64,000 nucleotides of DNA from Planctomycetota bacterium (lineage in GTDB: Bacteria; Planctomycetota; B15-G4). Position numbers and translations under genes: made by a program. Position 1 is the first letter of the stretch; the number at the start of each line of letters is the position of its first letter. The stretch is taken from positions 159,427-223,426 of the forward strand of contig JBBQUR010000008.1 in the NCBI GenBank assembly GCA_038212275.1, in the 5' to 3' direction. Below the pieces are notes generated by a model. That model had not been told where the DNA came from and did no database searches. It saw only the letters and a program-made list of their open reading frames with translations. Below are positions 9,608 through 19,593 of this stretch, piece after piece.

Positions 9608-11560
9608 CTACGCCGTGGCGGCTGCGGCGAGGTAGGCGCCGAAGAGGTCCGACTCCGTGAGCCGGCCGACGACGCGGCCCTGCGCATCGACGACCGGAAT
9701 CTCGGCCAGGTCGGCTGCGAGCATCGCGGCGGCCGCGGCGTGAAGGTCGTCGTCCGGGCCGACGGACACGGGCGGCTGCGCGATGTCCTCCACGATGGTG
9801 AAGGGCTGCGCCTCCGGATTGACCGCGAGAAAACGCACCGTCTCCGCCAGGACGAGGCCGACGAGCCTGCCGTCGCCGTCCAGCACGGGGATGACGTCCT
9901 GCCCCGCGGCGGCGGGCAGCCGCGCCATGAGTTCGTCGGCGCGCGTGGACTTCAGGACGGTGAGCCAGGCGCTCGGTGGCTTGAGCACGTCCGCGACGCG
10001 CCGTCCCGCGAGCAGCGCCAGCCCCAGCGTGCGGCGGTGCACGGGCGATTCGCGTCGCGTGGCCACCTGCGCTTCGTAGAGCGTGCGATGCCGCAGCAGC
10101 AGGAAGGCCACGCCGCCCGCGAGCATGAGCGGCACGAGCAGGTCGTAGCTGCCGGCCAGTTCGCACGTGAGGACGAGCGCCGCGACGGGCACGTGCGCGA
10201 TGCCGCCGTAGAAGGTGCCCATGCCGACGAGCGCAAAGGCGCCCGGATCGATCGATGGGTCGTGGAAGAGTTCCTGCGCCGCGCGCCCGAAGGCGCCGCC
10301 GAGCAGCGCGCCGAGCACGAGCGAGGGGGCGAAGTCGCCCGCACTGCCGCCGCTGCCGATGGTCGAACTCGACGCGAGCAGCTTGACCACGCAGAGCAGC
10401 AGCAGCAGTTCCGCGCCGCCCCAGCCCTCCGGCACGAGCGCCGAGCCGTCGATGGCGGCCTGCGCCGCGCCGTAGCCGCCGCCGAGGATGCCGAGCGACT
10501 GCCCCTCGTGCCCCACCTGCGTGCCGACGTAAAGCAGCAGCGGCAGCGTGAGCAGCCCGACTCCGAGGCCGCCGATGCCGGGCCGGACCCACTCGGGCAC
10601 GGGCAGCCGGCCGATGCCGCGTTTCACGCGCTCCAGCGTGGACTGGAAAAGCGCCGCCAGCGCGGCCACTCCCACGGCCATGAGCACGTAGAGCGGCAGG
10701 TGCACCGGCGTGAACGGAAAGTGCCGCGTGACGCCGAACAGCGTGTGCTCACCGTGAATCAGGATGACGACGGAGTACGACACGACGCTTGCGAGAATGG
10801 CGGGCACCAGCGCCTCGGACTCGAAGTCGTCGCGGTAGAGCACCTCGATCGCGAGCAGCGCCGCGCCGAGCGGCGTGCGGAAGACGGCCGCGATGCCCGC
10901 CGCCACGCCGGCCACGAGCAGCAGCCGCCGCTCGCGGCGGTCCAGGTGCAGCAGTCGGCCGACGAGCAGGCCGATCGCGCCGCCCATCTGCATCGTCGGC
11001 CCTTCGCGACCGCCTGCACCGCCGCTGCCCAGCGTGAGCACGGAGGCCAGGCCCTTCACCCAGAGGACGCGCCATGGCGTGGGGCGGCCCGGTGCATCGT
11101 CCACGCCGTGATGGAATTCCTCGATCATCGCGTTGCCGCCGCCGCCGCGCGTGATCGGCGTGCGCCGCATGACCCAGCCCGCGAGCAGCGCGCCGAGCGC
11201 AGGCAGCACGACGACCATCCACGGCCGGAAGATGCGCGTCTCGAGATCCGGCGTGCCGTTCTCGCCGGCGGCGCGCAGCAGGGTCAGCCCCGCGCCGCGT
11301 TCGAGCAGCAGGTGCTGCGTCCACTCCAGCGCGGTGAAAAACACCGCGCCGAGCAGGCCGGCCAGCAGACCGACGAGCGCCGCGTGCAGCAGCGCGCGCC
11401 CCACCATCTGCATCTCGAGCCCCGGGCCTTCGGGCACGAGCAGCTCCAGCAGTCCGCGGGCGCGGATGAGCGAGCGGGCACCGGGCCCTGGCGCCGAGGG
11501 CCCCTCGGGGCTGGTCTCGTCGGGTCGCGCAATCGGTGGCTGCGAGGGCATTGGAGGCAT
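9608..11560 (-). CDS. ClC-family chloride channel/transporter with C-terminal CBS pair
   Basis: GSGGAGGREGP, FRTPLG, GSAGDFAP, FALVGM motifs; CBS domains at the C-terminus; start 11560 or 11551. Confidence 0.92.
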   Translation of the reverse strand: MPPMPSQPPIARPDETSPEGPSAPGPGARSLIRARGLLELLVPEGPGLEMQMVGRALLHAALVGLLAGLLGAVFFTALEWTQHLLLERGAGLTLLRAAGENGTPDLETRIFRPWMVVVLPALGALLAGWVMRRTPITRGGGGNAMIEEFHHGVDDAPGRPTPWRVLWVKGLASVLTLGSGGAGGREGPTMQMGGAIGLLVGRLLHLDRRERRLLLVAGVAAGIAAVFRTPLGAALLAIEVLYRDDFESEALVPAILASVVSYSVVILIHGEHTLFGVTRHFPFTPVHLPLYVLMAVGVAALAALFQSTLERVKRGIGRLPVPEWVRPGIGGLGVGLLTLPLLLYVGTQVGHEGQSLGILGGGYGAAQAAIDGSALVPEGWGGAELLLLLCVVKLLASSSTIGSGGSAGDFAPSLVLGALLGGAFGRAAQELFHDPSIDPGAFALVGMGTFYGGIAHVPVAALVLTCELAGSYDLLVPLMLAGGVAFLLLRHRTLYEAQVATRRESPVHRRTLGLALLAGRRVADVLKPPSAWLTVLKSTRADELMARLPAAAGQDVIPVLDGDGRLVGLVLAETVRFLAVNPEAQPFTIVEDIAQPPVSVGPDDDLHAAAAAMLAADLAEIPVVDAQGRVVGRLTESDLFGAYLAAAATA

Positions 11561-11910
11561 CGTGGCCAGCCGACGCCCGCAGCGCCAGCCTCTCGCGGGA
11601 ATGCGGGCAGGAAAGTTGCAGCCAGACGGCGGACTGGCTTTCCTCGCGGGGCCCGCGTGCGTATGGTCGGAATGCCGGTGGCGAGCGAGCGTGTGTCGAG
11701 CCTCGCGAGGAGGCGCGGGCGCGACGTGCAGGTGGTCGGGAGCGACCCGCCGATGGATGAGCCCGCCGATGTCCGCGACAGACTCAGGCCCGCCCCGAAG
11801 CGACGCGCTTTCGGACGGCAGAGTTCCGGCCGCCGCGCTTCCAGCCAGCCCGCTGCCAGTCGGCCCGCTGCCAGCAGGCGGGCCTCCGACGAGCGAAGCA
11901 CCCACCGGCG

Positions 11911-12270
11911 CGCGGCGCGACGCTGGCGCGCCGGCTCGGCTGCTTCACGCAGTCCCTCGACGGCGAGAACCCCGATGCCTCGCTGCTGCTGCTGCCCACC
12001 ATCGGCATCCTCAGCGCACGCGATCCGCGCTTCCTGCGCACGCTGGACGTCTTCGAGCGCGTGCTGGCGTACGCCAACCCGGTCGGGCTTTTCTCCGAGG
12101 ACATCGATCCGAAAACGGGCGCGCTGCGCGTGAACTTCCCGCAGGCCTGCACCCACGTCGGGCTGATCAACGCGGCCATGACCATCGGGGATCTGATCGA
12201 GGCGCGGGTCGGACGCCTCGGCGCCTGGGCGCACAACACCGGCTCCCGACCGGCGCATCCCGCGCGCTGA
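11911..12270 (+). pseudogene. Remnant of a glycoside hydrolase family 15 (glucoamylase/trehalase) gene, C-terminal fragments only
   Basis: RGATLARRLG-CFTQSLDGENPDASLLLLP...DPRFLRT...ANPVGLFSEDIDP...NFPQACTHVGLINAA; N-terminal part and internal segments absent. Confidence 0.8.
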
Positions 12271-12371
12271 GGCCCCCAAGGTGCACGGGCGTCTGGCACC
12301 CCTCGCCCGGTACACTCGCCGCTTCGCGCGCGACGACGCGCACGGCCACACTCCGGAGCCTCGGGAACACG

Positions 12372-15269
12372 ATGTCGAAGATCACACTGGCTGCGTTGCT
12401 CGCGGCGTGCACCGTCACCTTCACGGCCTGCACCAGCACGAAGCACGACGAAGCGGCGCCGGCACCCGCCACCTCGACCTCGACCGCGACCGCAACCGCA
12501 GCCGCAGCCGCAGCCGTGACTGCGAACGCCATCGCCACCGCGACCGGCGGCGCCTTTCCCTACGCCACGCAGACCACCGTGCTGCCCAACGGCCTGAAGG
12601 TCGTGCTCATTCCGATGCCAAGCCACGGGCTGTCCTCGTACTGGTCCGTCGTGCGGACGGGCAGCCGCGACGAGGTGGAACCCGGCGTGTCCGGCTTCGC
12701 GCACTTCTTCGAACACATGATGTTCCGCGGCACGGAGAAGCTGCCGGGCAGCGAGTACGACAAGATCGTCAACGGCATGGGCGCGGACGCCAACGCCTTC
12801 ACCACCGACGACTTCACTGCCTACCACCTCGGCATGGCCACTGCGGACCTGCCGACGGTCATCGAGATCGAGGCGGACCGCTTCGCCAACCTCACGTACG
12901 ACGAGTCGCAGTTCAAGACGGAGAGCGGCGCGGTCTACGGCGAGTTCCGCAAGGGGCGCACGAGCCCCTTCGAGGTGCTCTTCGAGTCCATGCAGAACAC
13001 GGCCTTCGACAAGCACACCTACAAGCACACAACCATCGGCTTCGAGGCGGACGTGGCCGCGATGCCGGAGAAGTACGAGTACAGCAAGGGCTTCTTCCAG
13101 CGCTTCTACAGGCCGGAAAACGTGGTCATCGTCGTCGCGGGAGACTTCGACCCGGCCTCGACGCTGGCGCTCATCGAGAAGAACTACGGCGGCTGGAGCA
13201 CCGGCTACAAGGCGCCGGCCGTGCCGACGGAACCGGAGCAGACCGCGCAGCGCCGCATCGACGTGCCCTTCGACGGGCAGACGCTGCCGATCCTCGCGGT
13301 GGCCTTCAAGGGCGAGCGCCTGCTGCCGAACGACCGGCTCATGCTTGCAGGCACGCTCGCCGGCGAGCTGGCCTTCGGCGAGACCTCTCCGCTCTACAAG
13401 CAGCTCGTGCTCGACCAGCAGCGCGTGGACAGCATGTTCCCGATCTTCGGCTACAACCGGGACCCGAGCCTGTGGGCGGTGCTCGCGCTGGTGAAGGATC
13501 CGTCGGACGTGGCCGCCGTCGAGGGCGACATCTGGAGCGCCGTCGACGCGCTGCGTCGCGCGCCGCCCCGCCAGGAGCAGCTCGACGCGATCCGCTCGCG
13601 CATCAAGTACGGATTTCTCACCGGGCTGTCCACGCCGAACGGCGTGTGCTCGAGTCTGGCGCAGATGATCGCCATCACCGGCGGCATCGAGGCCGTCAAC
13701 CGGATCTACGCGACGATCGACGCGATCACTCCGCAGGACGTGCAGGACGCGGCCATCGCGTACCTCACGCCGGAGCGCAGCACCGTCGCCGTGCTGCACA
13801 CCGCGGGCGAGCCGATTCCCGCGCCGAGGAGCGCCGCGCCGCAGGTGCTGCTGCCCGTCGCGCAGGACCCCAACGTGGGCTTCGCCGTCTGGTTCAAGGT
13901 GGGCAGTCAGGATGATCCGCCGGGCAAGGAAGGCCTCGCGGAGCTGACGGCGAACATGCTCACCGGCGCCGGCACGGCCACGCGCAGCTACGACGAGATT
14001 CTCGCGGCGCTCTACCCGCTGGCCGCGGGCATCGGCGCAAGCGTGGACCGCGAGATGACCGTCATCTCGGGCAGCACGCACCGCGACAACGTGTCGGCCT
14101 TCTATCCGCTGTTTACCGACACGCTGCTCGCGCCCGGTTTCCGCGAGGATGATTTCGCGCGCCTCAAGGACGGCGCGATCACCTATCTGGAGAAGGAGCT
14201 GCGCTACTCGTCGGACGAGGATCTCGGCAAGGCGACGCTGTCTTCGGTGGTCTTCGACGGCACGCCGTACGCGCACATCGAGCAGGGCAGCGTTGAATCG
14301 CTGAAGTCCATCACGCTGGACGACGTGCGCGCCTTCTGGGCCGCCCACTACACCGCGGACAATGCCGTCATCGGGCTGGCGGGCGGCTACGCGCCGGCGC
14401 TGCCCGATCGGCTGCTCGCGGACCTCGCGCGGCTGCCGGCCGGCACGCCGGCCGTCACGCCCGCGCCGAAGCCCGCGGCCATCACGGGCCGGCACGTCAC
14501 CATCGTGCAGAAGCCGGGGCCGTCCACGGCCATTTCCTTCGGCGCGCCCATCGAGGTGCTGCGCGGAAGCCGCGAGGCCTACGCGCTGGCCATCGCCAAC
14601 TCGTGGCTCGGCGAACACAGAAACTCCAGCAGTCACCTCTACCAGGTCATCCGCGAGGCGCGCGGCATGAACTACGGCGACTACAGCTACATCGAGGCCT
14701 ACCCGAACGGCGGCCGCCGCAGCCTGCCCGGCACCGGTGCCGGCCGTCGCAAGCAGATGTTCGAGGTGTGGGTCCGCCCCGTGCCCGAAAAGAACGCCTT
14801 GTTCGCCCTGCGCGCCGCGCTGCGCGAGGTGGAGCTGCTCAACACGAACGGCCTCACGCAGGAGCAGTTCGACTTCACGCGCAAGTTCCTCAAGAGCTAC
14901 GTGCTGCACTATGCCGAGACCAGCGACGACCGCCTCGGCTGGGCCATCGACGACCGCTTCTACGGCATCCCCGAGCCCGGTCACCTCGAGACCTACCGCC
15001 AGATGATGGACTCCATCACGCTGGAGGAGTGCAACGCCGCCATCCGCAAGTCGATCCAGGCGAACAATCTGCAGATCGCGATCGTGACCGAGCACGCGCA
15101 GGAACTCGCCGACGCCCTCGCGGCGGACAAGGCCTCGCCCATCGACTACGGCACGATCGAGAAGCCGGCCGAGGTGCTGGAGGCGGACAAGCTGATCGAG
15201 AGCTGGCCGCTGAAGGTCGCGAAGAAGGACATCACGATCGTGCCGGTGGACGAGATGTTCCAGAAGTAG
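12372..15269 (+). CDS. M16 family (pitrilysin/insulinase) zinc protease, lipoprotein, active and inactive halves fused
   Basis: Lipobox FTAC; HFFEH inverted zinc motif, NAFT, distal E; second half lacks HxxEH but has REARGMNYG. Confidence 0.93.
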   Translation: MSKITLAALLAACTVTFTACTSTKHDEAAPAPATSTSTATATAAAAAAVTANAIATATGGAFPYATQTTVLPNGLKVVLIPMPSHGLSSYWSVVRTGSRDEVEPGVSGFAHFFEHMMFRGTEKLPGSEYDKIVNGMGADANAFTTDDFTAYHLGMATADLPTVIEIEADRFANLTYDESQFKTESGAVYGEFRKGRTSPFEVLFESMQNTAFDKHTYKHTTIGFEADVAAMPEKYEYSKGFFQRFYRPENVVIVVAGDFDPASTLALIEKNYGGWSTGYKAPAVPTEPEQTAQRRIDVPFDGQTLPILAVAFKGERLLPNDRLMLAGTLAGELAFGETSPLYKQLVLDQQRVDSMFPIFGYNRDPSLWAVLALVKDPSDVAAVEGDIWSAVDALRRAPPRQEQLDAIRSRIKYGFLTGLSTPNGVCSSLAQMIAITGGIEAVNRIYATIDAITPQDVQDAAIAYLTPERSTVAVLHTAGEPIPAPRSAAPQVLLPVAQDPNVGFAVWFKVGSQDDPPGKEGLAELTANMLTGAGTATRSYDEILAALYPLAAGIGASVDREMTVISGSTHRDNVSAFYPLFTDTLLAPGFREDDFARLKDGAITYLEKELRYSSDEDLGKATLSSVVFDGTPYAHIEQGSVESLKSITLDDVRAFWAAHYTADNAVIGLAGGYAPALPDRLLADLARLPAGTPAVTPAPKPAAITGRHVTIVQKPGPSTAISFGAPIEVLRGSREAYALAIANSWLGEHRNSSSHLYQVIREARGMNYGDYSYIEAYPNGGRRSLPGTGAGRRKQMFEVWVRPVPEKNALFALRAALREVELLNTNGLTQEQFDFTRKFLKSYVLHYAETSDDRLGWAIDDRFYGIPEPGHLETYRQMMDSITLEECNAAIRKSIQANNLQIAIVTEHAQELADALAADKASPIDYGTIEKPAEVLEADKLIESWPLKVAKKDITIVPVDEMFQK

Positions 15270-15399
15270 GGGTTGAGCGGCAAAGGCGCCAGGCAGACGG
15301 GCGCGCGGGGTGAGATGTGACCAACTCCGAGAACGCCGAGTGATGGGCGTCCAGCTTCAAGCGTTGGCCATCGTTTCATGATGCCGAGATCGTGCGCGC

Positions 15400-18300
15400 T
15401 TAGTTCTCCCCCGACTCCCGCACCACGATCCGCCCGTCCGTCCCCACGCTGAAGACCTCGCCCGCCGCGAAGGCCAGCGCGCTGGTGCCTGCGCCGCCCG
15501 GCTCGAAGTCGATGAGGTTCTCGGCGAGGTGCGGGTCCCAGACGCGCAGCAGCTTGCCGTTGTAGGCCGCGGTGAAGAGGCGGCTGCCGTCCCGTGAGAA
15601 GGCGAGGCAGGGCACGCCGGATTCCAGGTCCGTGATCTCGCCTTGCGGCGCGAGTGTCGCGGTGTCGTAGATGCGGATCGTGCCGCCGGCGGCCAGTGCG
15701 ACGGCGAGCTGTCGGCCGGGGCCGTCCAGCGCGATGACGTTGTCGTCGAAGGGCTCGCCGCGCTCCACGACGACGCCGGTGCCGGCGGGCACGTCCCACA
15801 GGCGCACGCTGCCGTCCACCGAGGCGGTCGCGGCGCGGCGGCCGTCGGCGGAGACGGCCAGGCCGGTGATCGGCGCGGTGTGCCCGGCGAGCACGCTGCG
15901 CGCGCCGCTGGCGACGTCCAGCCGCACGAGCGTCGCACCGACGGCGGCCAGCAGGACAGCTCCGTGCTCGACGAGGGCCAGCGCCTCGATGCCGTCGTTG
16001 CCGGCGCGCAGTTCCGGGAGCCGACGGCCGGTGGCCAGCTCGATGAGCTGCACGGTGCCGTCCGTGCGGCCCGCGGCGAGCAGCGCGCCGTCGGCGTCCA
16101 GCGCCACGGCGCCGAGGTTTCCGGGGCCGAGCTCCAGCACGGAGGTCGCGCCGTCGCGCCAGACGGTGGCGCGCGCGGCGAGCGAGCTGCTCCACGCGAC
16201 GACGCGCCCGTCGGTGCTGATCGAGAGCGAGTGCGGGCGCGGCCCGGGCCCCGACAGCTCGTGCACCGGACCGGCACCGAGGCGGTCCCACACGTAGGCC
16301 GTGCCGTCCATGCAGCCGCTCACGACGCGCCGGCCATCGGCGCTGAGGCCCAGCGAGGCGATGCGTCCGCCATGCCCCGCAAAAACCCCGACGACCGCAC
16401 CGCGGAGCGGCAGCGCGACGGCCACCTCGGCAGCCGCATCGGCCGCGAGGTCCGCGACGCCCGCGCTTCCCGCGTCGAAGACGACCGGCGGGTCGGCCGG
16501 GGCCAGCGTCGGGGCCGGGGTCGTGTCCTGGGTCGGAGCGCTCGGCTCCTCTGCCGACGCGACCGGCTGCGCTTCCGACGGCGCCGCACCCGACAGCTCC
16601 GCGGGGTCAGTCGCCGCCCGCGTCGGCGTCGCGGCCGGCGCATCGAGGTCGTAGAGCACGACGGGCTCGTCGCCGGCGCTTGCGGAGGCGGCCCAGCGGC
16701 CGTCGGCGGAGAGCGCGAGCTTCGTCACCGGCCGCTCGTGCGCCTCCAGCCTGTCGCGCAGGACCCAGTCCGGTGCACCCCAGACGCGGACGCTGCCATC
16801 GGGCATGCCTGCCGCGACGATCTGGCCGTCCTTGCTCACGGCGACGACGGCCGGGCCGCGCTCGTAGTCGTTCAGCGCGAAGGGCAGCAGCTCGCCCGAG
16901 AGCGACCACAGCGTGACGACGCCGTAGGGCGAGCCCGTCACCAGCGTGCTGCCGTCGGCGGAGAGCGCGGCCGACGCGATGCCCGCGACCTCGGGCGGCG
17001 AGCCGGGCAGCAGCGTGACGACGCCGCTGTCCCACAGCAGCACGCGGCCGTCGCGGCCGCAGGCGACGACGCGCGAGCCGTCGGCGTTCAGCGCCACCGC
17101 CGCCCACGCGCTGCCGTCGCCTGGAATCACGCCCAGCAGCGTGTCCCGCTGCGCGTCACGGATCTGCACGTCGCCCTCGGCGCCGGCGATGGCCAGCCGC
17201 CGCCCGTCCTCGGAGAGCGCGAGGACCTCGATGGTCCCGAGCCCCGCGCCGAAGGCCCCGCCGCGCGCGCCGGAGGCATCCCAGCTGCGCACGACCGAGT
17301 CCGCCGCGCCCGTGATCACGCGCCGACCGTCCGGCGAGATGACCACGGCGGTCGTGCCGCCCTCGTGCCCCGGCAGCAGCGTCACCGCGGAGTTCACGAG
17401 CAGCTTCGCGTGGCGCCACTCCCAGCCGCGCAGTTCCGGCGGGCAGGCCTCCAGCCGCTGCAGCGCCTCCACCGGATTGCCGCGCTGCATGTGCGCGGCG
17501 GCGGCGCGCAGGTTGGCGAGATACCCCTGCGCCCGCGCCTCCACCGTGCGCGACTCGGCCTCGCGCCTCAGACTGGATTCGCGCACCAGCATCGAGGCCA
17601 CAATCACCAGCGAAAGGCCGCCGAGGAGCAGCCCCACCGCGCGCCCGGGGTGCCGCCGCGACCAGCGCCAGGCGCGGCCCGCCGCGCTCGGCCGCCGCGC
17701 GAGCACAGGCTCGTGCGCGAGCAACCGCCGCAGGTCGCCCACGAGCGCGCGCATGTCCTGATATCGCGCGTCCGGGTCCTTCTCCAGCGCCTTGAGGCAC
17801 ACTGCCGCCAGGTCTTCCGGCACGTCGCGAGCGCGCCGCGCCGGGTTCAGCGGGCGCTCGTCGCGCACCGCGGCCAGCACGTCCGTGATGGAGTCGCCGT
17901 CGAAGGCGCGTTCCAGCGTGAGCGCCTCGTACAGCACGGCGCCGAGGCTGAACACGTCGGAGCGCGCGTCCAGCGAGGCTCCACCCTCCGCCTGCTCCGG
18001 ACTCATGTAGGCGCAGGTGCCGACGAGACTGTGCGAGGCGATTTCTCCGAGCCGCAGCGCAAGGCCGAAGTCGGACACGCGCGGCCGGCCGTCCGGATCG
18101 ATGAGGATGTTCCGTGGCTTGAGGTCGCGGTGCAGGATGCCCTGCTCGTGCGCGGCCTGCAGCGCTTCGGCGATGTCGATGAACAGGGCCGCGAGACGCA
18201 GCGCGGAGGGTTCGCCGCGCGTGCGGCGACGCTCGATGAGATCGGCGAGCGTGGTGCCGTCGCCGACGATCTGCTGCACCACGAAGTGCACGCCCGAGGC

Positions 18301-18891
18301 CTCGCCCGCCGCGAAGACCGGCACGATGCCCGGATGGTTGATGCGCCCCGCCGCGCGCGCCTCGTGCAGCAGTCGCTCGCCGCCGAGGAAGCCTCGTCCC
18401 GGGCGCAGCATCTTCAGCGCGACGCGCCGGCCCAGCGAGACCTGCTCGGCCTCCCAGACCTGCCCCATGCCGCCGATGCCGAGCTGCTGCACGAGGCGGT
18501 AGTCGCCGATCAGCGCGCCGACCCGGAACTCCGTGCGTGCGTCGTCACTCGCGGAAGCCTGGGGCTGGCGGCCCTCGGCCATGCTGCCGTCGGTGAGGGT
18601 CGCGCCGGCGAGGCTGGCATCCAGGCGGCCGGCGCCGGCGGTTCCTGCACCCGACCGGCGCTCCTGCGGCAGGTCCTTGGGACCGCGGGGCACGCCGGCA
18701 CCCGTCGCTGCGCTCTCCGGCATGGCCGCGCAGAGCTTGCGCCAGGCGCCATGCAGTCGGCGCAGCTCCGGGGCCTGCGCCGTGTGGCGCGCGACGAACG
18801 TGTCGAAGTCCTCGCCGCCCTGCTCGAAGGCATCCAGCCAGAGCTCGAAGAGGCTGTCCACGCTCTCCGGCGAGGAGGACGGCGTTACCAT
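15400..18891 (-). CDS. Hanks-type Ser/Thr protein kinase with TM segment and WD40 repeats
   Basis: GIGGMG, VALK, HRDLKPRN, DFGL, YMSPEQ; RGWEW then GH...WD repeats; start 18891 favoured by TAGTAT 7 nt upstream (alternative 18900). Confidence 0.93.
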   Translation of the reverse strand: MVTPSSSPESVDSLFELWLDAFEQGGEDFDTFVARHTAQAPELRRLHGAWRKLCAAMPESAATGAGVPRGPKDLPQERRSGAGTAGAGRLDASLAGATLTDGSMAEGRQPQASASDDARTEFRVGALIGDYRLVQQLGIGGMGQVWEAEQVSLGRRVALKMLRPGRGFLGGERLLHEARAAGRINHPGIVPVFAAGEASGVHFVVQQIVGDGTTLADLIERRRTRGEPSALRLAALFIDIAEALQAAHEQGILHRDLKPRNILIDPDGRPRVSDFGLALRLGEIASHSLVGTCAYMSPEQAEGGASLDARSDVFSLGAVLYEALTLERAFDGDSITDVLAAVRDERPLNPARRARDVPEDLAAVCLKALEKDPDARYQDMRALVGDLRRLLAHEPVLARRPSAAGRAWRWSRRHPGRAVGLLLGGLSLVIVASMLVRESSLRREAESRTVEARAQGYLANLRAAAAHMQRGNPVEALQRLEACPPELRGWEWRHAKLLVNSAVTLLPGHEGGTTAVVISPDGRRVITGAADSVVRSWDASGARGGAFGAGLGTIEVLALSEDGRRLAIAGAEGDVQIRDAQRDTLLGVIPGDGSAWAAVALNADGSRVVACGRDGRVLLWDSGVVTLLPGSPPEVAGIASAALSADGSTLVTGSPYGVVTLWSLSGELLPFALNDYERGPAVVAVSKDGQIVAAGMPDGSVRVWGAPDWVLRDRLEAHERPVTKLALSADGRWAASASAGDEPVVLYDLDAPAATPTRAATDPAELSGAAPSEAQPVASAEEPSAPTQDTTPAPTLAPADPPVVFDAGSAGVADLAADAAAEVAVALPLRGAVVGVFAGHGGRIASLGLSADGRRVVSGCMDGTAYVWDRLGAGPVHELSGPGPRPHSLSISTDGRVVAWSSSLAARATVWRDGATSVLELGPGNLGAVALDADGALLAAGRTDGTVQLIELATGRRLPELRAGNDGIEALALVEHGAVLLAAVGATLVRLDVASGARSVLAGHTAPITGLAVSADGRRAATASVDGSVRLWDVPAGTGVVVERGEPFDDNVIALDGPGRQLAVALAAGGTIRIYDTATLAPQGEITDLESGVPCLAFSRDGSRLFTAAYNGKLLRVWDPHLAENLIDFEPGGAGTSALAFAAGEVFSVGTDGRIVVRESGEN

Positions 18892-18898
18892 GTCACCC

Positions 18899-18905
18899 AT
18901 ACTAT
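18899..18905. promoter_or_regulatory. Overlapping divergent -10 hexamers (TAGTAT on -, TACTAT on +)
   Basis: ATACTAT between the divergent kinase and ECF start codons. Confidence 0.5.
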
Positions 18906-18924
18906 CGGGAGCCTAGATCATCCG

Positions 18925-19560
18925 ATGACCAGCAGTCACGACAAGGTGTCCAGCATCGCCGGCGCGCTGCCACACCGCGAGGACACCTGGGTGTCCATGG
19001 ACCTGCTCAACCAGGCGAAGGCCGGCAATGAGAAGGCCCTCGACGAACTGCTCTCACGCTACCAGGACCGGCTGCGGCGCGTGGTGCGCGTGCGCCTCGA
19101 TGCGCGCCTGCGCGGCCTGCTCGAATCGGCCGACGTGGTGCAGGAAACGCTTTCGGCGGCGCTCACCCACATCAAGGAGCTGAACGTCCCGGACCGCGGG
19201 GCGATCCTGCGCTGGCTCACGAAGATCGCCGAAAACGAGCTGCACGACCTGCGCCGGCGTGCCTACAGCCAGAAGCGCTCGCGGCAGAAGGAGCGCCAGC
19301 TGGACACGCTGGACATCCACGCCGGCGCGGCCGCCACGCCCGCGGACGAGGCCGCCAGGCGCGAGCTCTTCGACCGCGTGGATCGCGCCGTGGCCGGCCT
19401 GCCGCCGAAGACGCGCGAGCTCATCCTGCTGCGCACCTACTGCGACGCGAGCTGGGAGGACGTGGCAAAGGCCATCGGCTCACCGAGTCCCGAAGCCGCC
19501 CGGAAACTGCACAGCCGCGCGATGGTGAAGCTCGCGCGGCTGATGGAAGAAATGGACTAG
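18925..19560 (+). CDS. ECF sigma-70 factor, kinase-associated type
   Basis: AKAGNEKALDELLSRY, ESADVVQET, WLTKIAEN, region 4 LPPKTRELILLR...SWEDVAKAIG...ARKLHSRA. Confidence 0.9.
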   Translation: MTSSHDKVSSIAGALPHREDTWVSMDLLNQAKAGNEKALDELLSRYQDRLRRVVRVRLDARLRGLLESADVVQETLSAALTHIKELNVPDRGAILRWLTKIAENELHDLRRRAYSQKRSRQKERQLDTLDIHAGAAATPADEAARRELFDRVDRAVAGLPPKTRELILLRTYCDASWEDVAKAIGSPSPEAARKLHSRAMVKLARLMEEMD

Positions 19561-19593
19561 CGGCGGACGCCAGGCCGCAGCCCGGACGAGCCC

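Noticed and set aside
11561..11760. Fluoride riboswitch upstream of ClC
   Set aside because: A hairpin exists (~11609-11644) but the GATGG.GTTC...CTGATGAC consensus is absent on the minus strand
11133..12371. 413-aa N-terminal extension of the M16 protease ORF
   Set aside because: Overlaps the ClC gene and GH15 remnant; a lipoprotein signal begins at ATG 12372
15270..15399. Lower-GC patch between convergent protease and kinase genes as a small gene or att site
   Set aside because: No convincing ORF, repeat partner or tRNA-like fold
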